Positions 40,506 to 53,290 of a stretch of 64,000 bases of DNA are shown here, piece after piece; within the stretch, counting starts at the first letter, position 1, and each line of letters starts with the position of its first letter. Position numbers and translations under genes: made by a program. The stretch is taken from assembly GCF_009914755.1 (NCBI RefSeq), contig NC_060931.1. One strand, written 5' to 3'. Under the pieces are notes generated by a model, which was given only the letters and a program-made list of their open reading frames with translations, searched no databases and had not been told where the DNA came from. Origin of the DNA: the human T2T-CHM13v2.0 reference genome, Homo sapiens.

Positions 40506-43500
40506 TGCCTTGCCAAATATTATTTCCTCCGCAGAAGCAGTCCACATGCAATGACTCATAGATATGGGGATTAAGACACTTGGCCCCTTTAACCTGATTT
40601 GGGTATTCTCTGAAGAATCTTCCCAGCTCCAGAGCTCCCCATGATATTCACTGAGGCCTCTGATGCATCTGTGCCACAATTCAATTTTTCTCTCTTCTCC
40701 CATTTGTCTCACTCCTCTGGTATTGATTGCATGAATATAAACCCCTGCACAGAGGGGTTTCCCATCTCAGAGTCCATTTTGTAGGGAACCTAAGCAAAGA
40801 CAAGCATTTACCATGGAAGTTGACAAGCTGATCCTAAAATTTATATGAAAGTACAAAATCAGCAATAGCCAAGAAACTTCTGAAGACAAACCATGTTGGG
40901 AAATGGGTGGTGGTATTAAGTGGGCCTGCAATATCAGATATGAAGACTTATAAAGCTGTAGGAAATGGGACTGTATAATTCTGCTGCCAAAATTGATAAA
41001 TAAGTAATGGAAAAGAATAGAGAACTGGACAAATACCTAAACATATGTGGAAACTCAATTCACAACAGTGTGCCTCAGATATCACTGAAGGAAGGATAGA
41101 TTGTTTAGTAACTGTGTCTTGAGAATTCATTTATCATATATAAGAGAATATCTTTATGACATCAGAGTAGGGAAGAATTTCCTAAACAAGGTTCAACAAA
41201 GCATAAACCACAAAGAAGAAGATGAAGAAATTTGACTATATTAAAATTAAGAACTTCTTGTCATCAAAAGTCACCATAAACAGAATGAACAAGTAATCCA
41301 CAAACTGGAAAAATATATTTGAAATTCTCAGTTACAAAGGATTGGTAACCAGCATATATAAGGAAATCTTATAAATGACTAAGAAAACACTAACACTTTC
41401 ACTTCTATAATAAAAAAAGACATGAGCAGACATATTTTGTAACATGAACATAAATCTTTTAGAAACAACTTGTAATACAACTGGAAGTGTCTAAAAATTT
41501 ATATTACCTAGATATATACCCATTGAGGCAGAAAAGGTGCTTGTTGGTTTTTAGACTCTGAATATAGACCACCACTCATACATATTGCTCATCTAGGAAC
41601 CCTTCTGTATAATTTCCAGCGATTTCAACTCTCACTAAAATCTCATCTAAAAAAATACTCTTAACATACCGTTTAATTTAACTGTTAAGCAAAAGTTGGT
41701 TTCATCTCAACTAGATTTTTCAAGTACAATTCTTAAAAAATTAAAAGTATTTTACTGTTTTTAAAAAGCAAGCAATATATGCATCATACATATATGTAAC
41801 TTATGCACACATTCACACATATACAGGTAATAGCTGTGAATGTATATTTTACATCTTTATACATTATAAATATGAGAATTTATTTTGAAAAATCAGCCCA
41901 CAGGGAATTTATAATTCAATAGATTTGAAGTATGGCATCAACTCTCCAGAAAAGATCAGCTAGAAATGGAGTATTTGAGTTTACCTCTCTGGCTTCCCAT
42001 TAGTACAGAAATATCAAAATATGTTACACATAGCCTGACTGTCTTCTAATGCTCAACCATTGGTAGCTATCTTTTCTAGTAAATCTCTATCTCAGTCCTT
42101 TTCCATAGAATACTTCAGGAAGCCACTATCAATTTTTCAGAGTTGGTTAAACAAATGAAACTCACTTGCCATCTCTACACTAGACCAAAAACCCTGATCA
42201 AATAGACTTTTTTTTTTCATTTTGCCTCTCAGGAACATTGCATTCCTATAACAACAGAGACAAAGCATTGTCTCTTCTCCCTGGGCACCCCTATTTGCAA
42301 TCTCAAGCACTGAATCCTGGAATCTGAAGGACTTTGAAAAGCACACTGGCTTGAACTGCCATCTTCTAATGCTATAAGAGTTTGTTTTTGTAAAAGCCAG
42401 TCTTATTTTAATCCTAGTCACTTTAGTCACTGTAACCAAAATTATGTAAACTTTCTAAATAGACTAAATATTCTAAAAATACAGTGAAACACCAGCCTCC
42501 ACACCAACCAAGTCACAATAGGGTGTCTGACCTAAAGCCACAAAATGAAAATATGATGGGAAAGTCATTTATCAAACTGCAGAGACCATAACATGCTCCT
42601 ATCACTGTGTCAAAAGCAAAGGCAGCAACCAAATGGCTATTACTCAAAGTGATAACATTATCTTTGGGAAAGCATTTTATTTATGCATTCCTATAAGTGC
42701 TTATCATATTAGTTACAATTTATATTCAACACTATATGAATGTATTTTTGAACATTTTTCCATATTTTGGAAAATGATGAAACTATTTTCTACTTTGTAA
42801 TTTTGTGTTCAGAATCTCCCTTGAAGAAATATGAGTGTGGGCAGTGGAAAAATAATTTGTTTCCATGTATTTGTTACCACTTATAGCACAGCCTTGAGTA
42901 TTTTGAGTCCTAAATAAACTTCTCTGACCATAGGGAAGAATTGTGAAAACAAGTACATCAAACGTTATAATACAGACACAATTGCCTATATCTGCTGCCC
43001 ACCTGCAAATGTAGTGTCCATAAGGCCTCTTTCTCAAGTATTGCATGTGGTACCCATGAGCTCATGAACAACCCCACTCAGCTGCCAGGTTCTGGTCACT
43101 GTCTCTCCCTCTCTCTCTCTCTTCTCCTGTAGCCTTGGCTAACAGAGGATCCCACTACTGATGCCTTTAAATTACAGAAGCACATCTGGTAAAATAGAGA
43201 AATGTGTTTTCTGTTTTGCTGCCACTTAATTTTGGAAAAGTAGCAAAGCCAACCTACTGCCTTATATCTGCTACACTGTCTGTACTTTCAAGTATTTTAG
43301 TATGAACAGATGATGTGTGTATAACTTTTCTTGAATCCAGTGTACTTAGTTATAAATTTTTTGTTTAGCTATAATTTACATACAGTAGACTTCACCCTAT
43401 TAAGGGTACTGTGGTTTTACAGGTCCTCCCAAAGCAGATAACAATGTGGGAATCAACATGCATTATACTGGCAAGTGTTCTGTTTGAAATTTAGCCGTTG

Positions 43501-44293
43501 TAATAGGATTTTGTTTCCCACTGATAGTTTTTACATAAAACTGTATAATCCACCCTATGTGGCAGGTGGAGTCTCTAGAACAGATTTATTTTACATAGCT
43601 TGCCCAAAGCAAATGAAAGCTCATCTAATCTATCAAATGGTGTCTGTAACCACACATGATATCTTGTCTGCAGGATTCAGAGCCTTCCTTCAGCCAGTGA
43701 TGGTCAGTTGTGCACATGGTTACTCAGAGGCAATAGAACGTGGCATATACTTCCTGCCTATCTCCTGTGTTCAAAAAGCTGATCAATATCACACAGCCTT
43801 GGAAACTTTTGTGCAGTGCTTAGTTTTGGATAGTGGGACTACAGAAAGTATGGAGAAGTAGAAAATAGAGATGAAAAGTTATCCACACTCTATTTAGTAA
43901 GCATATAATTTTTAATTGGGTTTGATGATGGTTGAAAGAAAAAAAAGAGAACATAAGCATATTTATTACCACGGAACTGGACACCTAAAACTGGTAAAGA
44001 GGGAAAATTGTTTAAAAGGTTGGGGTCGAGGAAGATTAATATCGAGGGCAGGTGATTGGTTCTGGTAATTAAAAAATGTAATTTTCTGTGGAGTCCTAAA
44101 ACCAGATACAAGATGCTGATACAATAAAGAGTGAAAAGTAAAGGAGTATGGGCAGCCAACTTAGACTTATTTTCCTCCCAGCAATGAAGAGAAGGGAAAG
44201 AGTAGCAGCCTCCTTCAAACACCAGCCCAAGATCCAACTCTTCTTTGAAGCTTTCCTGAACTTCAAATGCCTGCTCTTCTTCCCCTTCCTTAG

Positions 44294-44385
44294 TAAACAC
44301 ATATCAAAATGTTACATTGTACCCCGTAAATAAATACAATTATTACTTGTCAATTGAAAATAAAATAAAATCAAAAAAAAAGAAA
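44294..44385 (+). mobile_element. L1MA 3' tip with A-rich tail
   Basis: ATATCAAAATGTTACATTGTACCCCGTAAATAAATACAATTATTACTTGTCAATT. Confidence 0.7.
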
Positions 44386-44565
44386 AATAACATCAATTAA
44401 GCCAGATGAGGCTACTGAAAAATAAGTTACATTTAATAAATTTTCTCTGCTGTGCTTCAGATGTAGGGATGACACAGTAAAAATCTGGGATCCTTTTTTT
44501 TTAGGACGATAGCATAAAATGCAGAAGAATAAGAAAATGTGAACGGCGTTCAATTTTCCTTCTTT

Positions 44566-44868
<303 letters not shown>

Positions 44869-46077
44869 AATTTTCCATCTTTATTATTCTGATTTCTGTT
44901 AAATTAGTAGAATGATTCTACTGAAAGCCAGCATTATTTATCATGATCTGACTCCTAAGGAATTCATTTGATGAGAGGAGGAGTCGGAGGGAAGTTAAAC
45001 CAAACTTTTATGGAGTTTTCTTTTATTTGATTTGATGTTTTTGTCTTTTGTTTTTGGCTGGAGTTAGAGTACAGATAGGGAAAATGTGAAGCAGTAGAGA
45101 AATTGGATCATGTGACTTAAGGATAAATAACTGAGTAATATGGCCCCAATGAGACTTAGGAGTGGGAGTTGGAGGATGGGTGTGAGAGAGGTAAACTGAA
45201 AGCTAGTCCATGTTTGGTCTTTGTATTTTCACTTTTTTAATACAGTGTTACATTTGAAGTTGTATGATCCCTCTAGAAGATTATCGGTAGAATAGAGAAA
45301 GAAATACAGAAACCAGCCTTTATTTCAGAGTACTTATGTTTGTGTATGTGTAAACTGGCAAGCCATAAGCTCTAATGAGCTCCTATCTAACCATAGCATC
45401 AATGTTTATTGACCTCTCCTATAATTAAAATCACATGTCTCACCACAAGCAATGGGTGAGCCTTTGCTTACTTTAATAAGCTTGTAACCTAACTATCTGG
45501 CCACTTAAGTGCCACTGGCTCCGTGAATCGAATCAGCAGGAAGAAAGAAAAGAGCGTCAGTGTCAGAGTCCACTTTTGGCATTTAAGCTGACTCAACAAT
45601 TTATTTTAAAAATTTACATAAACAAATTCCAACCTCAAATATTTTTCTCCCCACCTCAGGTCCATCAAATTACAAGTTAACTATTCATTCTAGTCAATTG
45701 AATAACTCAACAAACTAAAACTGTGTAACCATTTGTTTAAAGTGCAACTGATTTGGGAAATTCTACCTAGATGTTTTTATTAATGTCATGGAAAATTATA
45801 TATATTAATACTATTCAACATTTAATCATCAGCCACTTTCTAAATACTTCGAAATGTCAGGGCAAATCTAAATTATCCAAATTTTAAAGAGATTAATCTA
45901 ATTGCACCAAGTAGCAAGGAAGGAAGAAATTATTCAGAGTTAACTTCTTAGGCTATTCCAAGGAAAATGTGAATTACAACTGTATTTCCAATGGGTTCAA
46001 AATCAGAAGTTAATATTATTTCTCAAGTGAACAAACCTCTTTTTTAATGCTAATCTGTTGTTCACAGAATTACAAAC

Positions 46078-46665
46078 TTATTGTATACTAATAGCCAAGA
46101 TAAGAAAACAATCTAAGTGTCCATCAATGAATGAGTAGACAAAGAAATTATGAAACATACGTACGTATATATGTACAATGCAAAATTTTTCAGCCTTAAA
46201 AAAGAAGAAAATCCTGCCATTTGCAATAACATGGATGAACTTGGAGGACATTACACCAAGTGAAATAAGGCATACACAGAAAGACAAATACTGCATTATA
46301 TCACCTACATGTGGAATCCAAAATAGTCAGACTTAGAGAAACAGAGAGTAGCATGGTGCTTGACCAGAGCTGGGGAGCTGGGGGACTGGGGCAGTGTTGT
46401 TCAAAGAGTACAAACTTCCAGTTTTAAGATGAATAAGTTCTAGAGATCTAATACATAACATGGTATATAGTTAATAGTGATGTATCATATACTTGAAATT
46501 TGCTAAGAGAGTAGATCTTAAGTATTCTTACCACAAAATATGATAATTAGGTCAGGTGATAGATACGTCAGCTTGATTGTAAGAATCATTACACAAGATA
46601 TATCAAAACACCATGTTATATACCTCAAATAAATAGAATTTTTTATTTGTCAATCACAAGTCAAT
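46078..46665 (+). mobile_element. L1MA9/10-type 3' end
   Basis: AATCCTGCCATTTGCAATAACATGGATGAAC, TACAAACTTCCAGTTTTAAGATGAATAAGTTC, TTGCTAAGAGAGTAGATCTTAAG. Confidence 0.88.
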
Positions 46666-48489
46666 TTTTTAGAAAAAGACTGAAAAGGTTGCTACAAATA
46701 GTTAAAGATAAATAATTGGTGAAACACAAATGAATGCATTCCAGCTAAGTGAATTCATTCCATTACACATTTAGTTGAGATACTTAATTAATACCTTCCA
46801 AGTTAGGTCAGCATTGATTTAACAAGTACTGCATGCCTTTCTCCACCCATTCTGAGATATCAGATAGATAGATAGGTAGGTAGAGAGATGGATAGATAAT
46901 AGAATTGTAGTGTTTGTTATAATTCATCATACGTATTTGAGGTTACTGCCTACACATTCTAACTGACATCTATAAATTAATGTTTGATCACTGGATTTCC
47001 AAGTTGCCAATGTCTAACTCTCTTCTTCGATGAGGTTGAAGCTTGATACATTATCAATCCATGTTCCAGATAATATTTTGTTACTACATCTCAGTTTGTC
47101 TCAGAGTATTATGGTCTGTAAACAAGCAACCATATTAAAATATAGCTGGGGATAAAATTAACAAATTTTAGATATAGTCATTGTAAGAGCCAGATATATA
47201 TTTGATGTAACACCCTTCTATTAAGGACGCTATCTTGCAATGTTTTTTGTCTTCATCATGAAACAAGGGAAATATTTGTAGACCTAAATTTTTGGTTAAG
47301 TAGATGGAAGCATTTCTCCAGAGGTTTCTGATATATGGTAATAAGTCCGTGACCAATGCAATAAATGTTCACCAAAAGACTGCAAGACATGTATCCATGC
47401 TCAAGGAAACACAATGCAATGATAGGAGGAAGAGAAATTTAGAATAAAAAGACTATAGAATTAACTTATGTAGAAATAAGTGACTTTATTGAAGTGCTTC
47501 ATGTCTCAACCTATTTTAAGGAGGATACTATTTAGAATAAGCACATGTAATACTAACCTTCTTTCCAAAGAAAACTGAATCCAGTTGATAAATTTTTATC
47601 ACGTTCTTAATAATATTTGTAGTGAAAGAGCTTAGTGTTTTTTTTCCCTGTGTTACATGGTCTAGACTTATAAAAGCATGACTTTATTTTCAGTGATTGA
47701 AACTGTAAACTCATCAGTTCATTATTAATTATATTTGGTTGAAACAAAATTCAGAAAGTAAACCACTCTTCTTGATATAAATCATTGAGGGTTTAAAATT
47801 AAACTAGAAGAGAAGCTTCTGTTTCATAAGTAAAATAATGAATATAAAAACATTCTTTCTGCATCACAGACCCCTTCTAGGAGCCAGAATCTAGTGAAAT
47901 ATCCAGACTTTCCCTCCAAAAAATACATATTCAAACTAAATATTGTATAACAACTTTTCTGCAAGCTTGAAAAATCTTTGAAGTAGAAGCTAGGACCAAG
48001 TTAAAGAATACATGCATGCAACAAGAATCTCTGCATAATTATGTTTATTATTGCAAGACTGAGCCACAATTTGGCTAAGATTTCTAGCAGCCAGGGGGGA
48101 TAACGGAAAGCCTAGTTATGATGACTGTCATCAAGAGAAGGAAACATGGCACTTAAGAAAAACAAAGTTTTGCTTAGAAATGAATTATAAATAATTTCCC
48201 CTGGGACTGTTTAGTAAACTTTACTTTGGAAACTCTGTATAATCTCAAATGCAATTTTCATGTACTTTTTTATTTTGACCACTTAACAAAATAAGAAGAC
48301 ATAAGATTACTAGGAAACAGCCTGCTGGTTGTCTGAGTCATAGAGAATATGCACTCAACTTACCCTATTGTCAATCGTGTCTATACTTGGACTATGTTCA
48401 CAAAAATTTGCTTTCTCACTCAAAGTTGGGTTACTGATGGGCACAATTCAGATATCAGCCCTCTGGAAACTTCTGACACATTTGGTCTT

Positions 48490-48623
48490 ATAGAAGATAC
48501 GAAAAGAAGAAACAACATATGTATAATAAAAAGAAAATCCAAGTAATGAAGTTAGAGAAATATGAAAAAAATCTATAATTAAAAACAAACTTTCCTAAAG
48601 TTAAGTGTGTATACATATGTATA

Positions 48624-48654
<31 letters not shown>

Positions 48655-49440
48655 GTTAACAAGTCACATCATGTATTTGGGAAAGTAGACTGAGAACACT
48701 GAGAAACTTCTACTAAAATGATTAGTATTTTAAAAAAGTTAATGAATTATTTTTGTATTTGTACAAACTATCTAAGTCACTTGTAACAAATAGATTAGAC
48801 TGTTTAAAATTTTCAATAGCAATACTTTATGCCTTCTAGAGAAAACTAGAAAATAAAATCTGGGCCGGGTGCAGTGGCTCACACCTGTAATCCCAGCACT
48901 TTGGGAGGCTGAGGTGGGCAGATCACGAGGTCAGGAGATCAAGACCATCCTGGCTAACACAGTGAAACCCTGGCTCTACTAAAAAAATTACAAAAAATTA
49001 GCCAGACATGGTGGCAGACGCCTGTAGTCCCAAATACTCGGGAGACTGAGGCAGGAGAATGGCGTGAACCCAGGAGGCGGAGCATGCAGTGAGCCGAGAT
49101 GGTGCCACTGAACTCCAGCCTTGGCGACACAGCAAGATTCCGTCAAAAAAAAATAAAAAATAAATAAAAAGCAAAAAGAAAAAAGAAAAAAAAAAGAAAA
49201 GAAAATCTGAGCCAAGTATTTTATAACTGGTTTTCAAGTGTAAAGCCAAACTTTTATGGACATCCAATGAGTTATTCCTGAAGTATCTCCTAGAGAGTAA
49301 CTTTCAGACAATTAAAATGACTAGAAATGTATCAACTTAAGGTCTGGTGGTGAGCATTGGTATATAGTTAATTGTAGCACTATGAATATGTGATTGTAAT
49401 AAAATAAAAAATATAGTATGTAGTAGTTATACATACCAAT
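48490..49440 (+). mobile_element. HAL1-like remnant split by AluY and (TG)(TA) repeat
   Basis: AACTTTCCTAAA, GAGCCAAGTATTTTATA, TTCAAGTGTAAAG, CTGGTGGTGAGCATTG. Confidence 0.5.
48863..49200 (+). mobile_element. AluY with long patterned A tail
   Basis: ACCATCCTGGCTAACAC, GAATGGCGTGAACCC; TSD AAA(T/G)AAAATCTG at 48851-48862 and 49198-49209. Confidence 0.95.
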
Positions 49441-49746
49441 CCTAATGTTGCTATCTCACTCTAAGGGCACAGAGTGAGTAGGGTGAAGGAACAAGGATAG
49501 GAGATGGATTCACTGAATATATCTTGTTTTACAGAATTGACTTTGAAACCATGTAAGCATTTTACATGATAAAAAGTGCACTTTAAAAATTCCTAAAAAT
49601 ATTTAAATAAAATAAATAAATATAAATGTGTAACTAGTTGTTGGCATAATCACACAGAAAATAACTAATCCAAGTAACTTTAAAAAATAGTGTGTAACTG
49701 TACATCTCTAATGATATATTCCCTAAGGACAAAAAAAATACTCCAT

Positions 49747-50112
49747 TGTATTCGTCCATTTTCACTTTGCTTATAAAGACATACCCAAGACTGGGCAATT
49801 CACACACACACATACAAAAAGAGGTTTAATGGACTTACAGTTCCATGTGGCTGGGAAGGCCTCACAATCATGGTGTAAGGTGAAAGGCAAGTTTCACATG
49901 GCAGCAGACAAGAGAAAAGAGCTTGTGCAGGGAAACTCCCCTTCATAAAACCATCAGATCCTGTCAGACTTCCTCACTATCACGAGAATAACATGAAAAA
50001 TACCCACCCCCAAGATTCAATTATCTCCCACCAAGTCCCTCTCAAAACGTGGGAATTATGGGAGCCACAATTCAGGATGAGATTTGGGTGGGGACACAGC
50101 CAAACCATGTCA
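49747..50112 (-). mobile_element. THE1B-type MaLR solo LTR
   Basis: TGTATTCGTCC...GATGAGATTTGGGTGGGGACACAGCCAAACCATGTCA; 5-bp TSD TCCAT/TCCAC. Confidence 0.93.
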
Positions 50113-50160
50113 TCCACAGAAAGTACAGACAGTTTTCAGTAATAATATATAGGTGGTAGT

Positions 50161-50300
50161 CAGGCAGGCTAGGTAGTTAAGGAAGTGACCATGTCCTTGG
50201 GATGCAGCAACCATGGTGACTGTACGATCAACACTATAAGCCTCAGCATTTGCTTTGTAGTTAAGCTCATTTGAGAAAAGCTGTCTTCAGTAGGACCTTT
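50161..50300. mobile_element. Short LTR-like fragment of uncertain family
   Basis: GGAAGTGACCATG...GCAGCAACCATGGTGAC...TAAGCCTCAGCATT; does not look like the flanking L1MC. Confidence 0.35.
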
Positions 50301-51320
50301 TACTCCTTAATTTGAAATATCAATTAAATTGATGACATTTTCTGCTTAAAAAATTCTAATTTTTCAACTGAAAAGGCCTAGAAATACTAACACACTCGGT
50401 AGCATTAAGTGCCCTCAATACTCAAAGTTTGGTGTTGAAATCCAATTTCCTTCAAAAAGGAACCAGAGCTCCCCAGAGAAATGGCTACGGCCAGGTTGGG
50501 GACAGGAAATATACAAGATCATCTTGGAAACTCTTGTCACACCAGATGACAAGGAAGCTATCAAAGATTACTAGCTTTAGGTCAAAGACTTGAGAGTCAA
50601 CTAACAGAGACTGTCAAAGATGAGGTAATATGAGGATCAATTAGGGAAAAACTGCAAAAGACTGAAATACATCAAATAAATTTAAACCTGTGAGTTCAAA
50701 GTAATACTGAAAAAGCATTGGTTAGTAACCGGGAGACATTAATGAACCAACTCATTATTTTGAAAACTCATAGACAACAGAACCCCTGGGTAATCAAATA
50801 GTAGACAAGAGCAAGATTTTCTTTATTGTGGCATTTCAGCAAATTAATGAAAAATAAATTATAGAGTTGGCATAGTGCCTTTTTGTAACTCAAAATGAAT
50901 TATGGATGTAGGCATGAAGCATCAATTATTGCCGATATCAAAAAGGGAAAAATAACCAGATATCTGATGCCTCCTGATGGAGAAACAAAGCACCTCTTAT
51001 AAAGGAGTCTTTTCAGAAAAAGCAGACCTGAATCTGATCAGTCCTCTATATGCAATTACTAACTACAGAAAATACAAAGGACAGAGAACATGTTAAACTA
51101 CATTATGGGGTTGCAAGCAGAAAAATCCTGCAGGACAAATAATTGTGTTTCTTCAGCAAATAAATTGCCAAGGGTGAAAGAAAGATGGAAAGAGGAAACC
51201 AATAGGTGATAAAAGATTTAAAAAGTGTATAAAGTACATATTAAGGATTACATGTAGGCATTATTTGGATCCTGATTCAAAGAAACTAGAAAAAATTGTA
51301 ACACTAAAAAGTTAATTGGA

Positions 51321-51398
51321 GTCACTTGTCTTTCAAGCTGCTCACTTGGCCCTCTTCCAAGTGTACTTTTCTTCCTTTTATTCAAAAAGAAAAAAAAA
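51321..51398 (+). mobile_element. 63-bp MER41-like LTR fragment with poly(A) tail and TSD (L1-type retrocopy)
   Basis: CACTTGGCCCTCTTCCAAGTGTACTTT plus A tail; TSD AAAAAG(T/A)TAATTGGA at 51306-51320 and 51394-51408. Confidence 0.7.
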
Positions 51399-52354
51399 GA
51401 TAATTGGAAATTTGAACAATGACTTAATATTTGATGATATTCAGGAATTAAATTTTTAAGGTATAATAATGGTATTGTTGTTATGTCAAAAGAAAATAAT
51501 TTTTCCTTTTAGAGTTACGTACTGAAATGTTTATTTATAAAGTAAAATGTCTGGATTTAGTGCAAAATAATTTGGGATGGGGAATACGAGTAAGGGTATA
51601 CATAAAACAAGTTTGCTGAAGCTAGATAATGGCATATAGGGGGTTTATTATCTGATCCTTTTTTTACATTTTTGAAATGATCAAAATTAAAATCTTTAAA
51701 ATAAAAACCCATGCATTTGGTAGGTTTTCCTACATGCCATTGCCTTGCCCCCAGGGCACTGAAAAGATGTGCTATTTTCTCCATTTTCTGTGAAAAGCAG
51801 TCAGTGAGGCATGAGAGACCAGCAAGGGTTAAAGAGGGCCAGTGGCTGATACATCTGGGGAGCATTAGCTATATTAAGGACAAGCCAGCATAAAAAGGTA
51901 ACCGGAAGAAGCAGCTGAGTACTCTCTGGTCAGGCCTTGAGGTCATCTGAATGGAGGGACTGCGGTTTACAGTCTAGCAAGGGACATGTATCATTTCAGC
52001 GCTTTGTTTCAAACCGCAACACAAGAGTTTCACTGGTTTGGAATTGATTCAAAGCTGAACAGAAAACTTCTTTATTCTCAATCAGCAAGTTTAAATATTT
52101 TGTATTACACCTTTCAGGAAAGAATATGCAGGATTTATGTTTATAGTAACAAAAATTTCATGTCTTTTAGATTTTTGTGTGTTGCAGAAATTCCCATTGG
52201 CCATACATGTGAATATAATGATAAACACTTGTTTTAATTGCTATCTCAGCAACAAATATGTAAAATATTTATTATGTGACAACATTGGGAAAAGCATAGG
52301 AATTACTGTAGGGGCCGGGTGGAATTATAGGGGTTCTTCAGTTTCATGGAAAGT

Positions 52355-52530
52355 GGGACTTTGAAATCAATCAAAAATTGTCTAAGATCTTGACTCTGCC
52401 ATTTCTCAGCTTGTTGAGTTGGGTATTCTTTATCTTGTACTTTGCTTCCCTCACCTGTCAAACACTATTGCAGTGAGGTTTAAAGATAATGCCTAAAGCA
52501 CATAGCCTACAGTATACATTCAATATGTGG
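52355..52530 (+). mobile_element. MIR remnant
   Basis: GACTTTGAAATCA, CTTGACTCTGCCATTT, TTCCCTCACCTGTCAAA, GTGAGGTTTAAAGATAATGC. Confidence 0.65.
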
Positions 52531-53114
52531 AAGAATGGTCATTTTCACATTTGCTTTCTTATGATCAGCAACTTCCGCCACTTGACTTTGAGTAAAGGCA
52601 TTTTTGGATATTAGACCTCTTTCTCCTTATGTAAATATCACTACTTGGTGCTCCTATAGACGATCAACTCAACCTCTTGAAGAAAAACCTGAAACAAATC
52701 AATAGTGACAGATAACTTTTCTCTTATAGTAAAAAAATTTAAATTTAGTGGTTTTTTATATAATTATATGTTATTAAAACTGAAGTATTTATGAGTTTTC
52801 ATATTTCAGTATTTAGATAACTAATACTAAGAGGGAGGCAAAGGTAAGTACACTAGATTATGCTATTAGAGAAAATATAGCCCTGCCTTAGTTCTAAAGG
52901 ACACAGAATACAGAATATGCCACACTGCATAGTTTAAGCTAAATATGTAGGAAATGGCCTCTCTTCCTGGTCTTTTGTTTTAAAATCAGCAGTGAATAAT
53001 TAAAATGCAATTAAACACATTGAAGCAACCTTAAGGCACATAACCTCAGGCTATGCTTGTAACCAGCTGTTTTGGACTGCTTTCTATGAAGTATACACTT
53101 GATTGATCATTGCT

Positions 53115-53290
53115 ATATAGTATAAAGAATTTACTTTAGAATCAGAAGATATGAGCTCAATCAAGTCTTTTTTGATCTGCCCTTTTCTAGCTTGATGGGC
53201 AAAAATCTCCTTATGCTTTATTTATTTTACTTGTTAAATGTACCCATCTCTTAGGATTAGTTCTGAGTGTACTGTAAAGCATTAAATAAG
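53115..53290 (+). mobile_element. MIR remnant
   Basis: CTTTAGAATCAGAAGATATGAG...GGGCAAA...CTCTTAGGATT. Confidence 0.5.

Larger units (their letters stand above)
49460..51705 (+). mobile_element. L1MC4/5-type 3' end with nested insertions
   Basis: TTGACTTTGAAACCATGTAA, GGAACCAGAGCTCCCCAGAGAAATGGCT, CCTGAATCTGATCA, ATTTGATGATATTCAGGAATT. Confidence 0.75.

Noticed and set aside
43475-44300. 128-aa and 136-aa ORFs
   Set aside because: GTG starts, no recognisable homology
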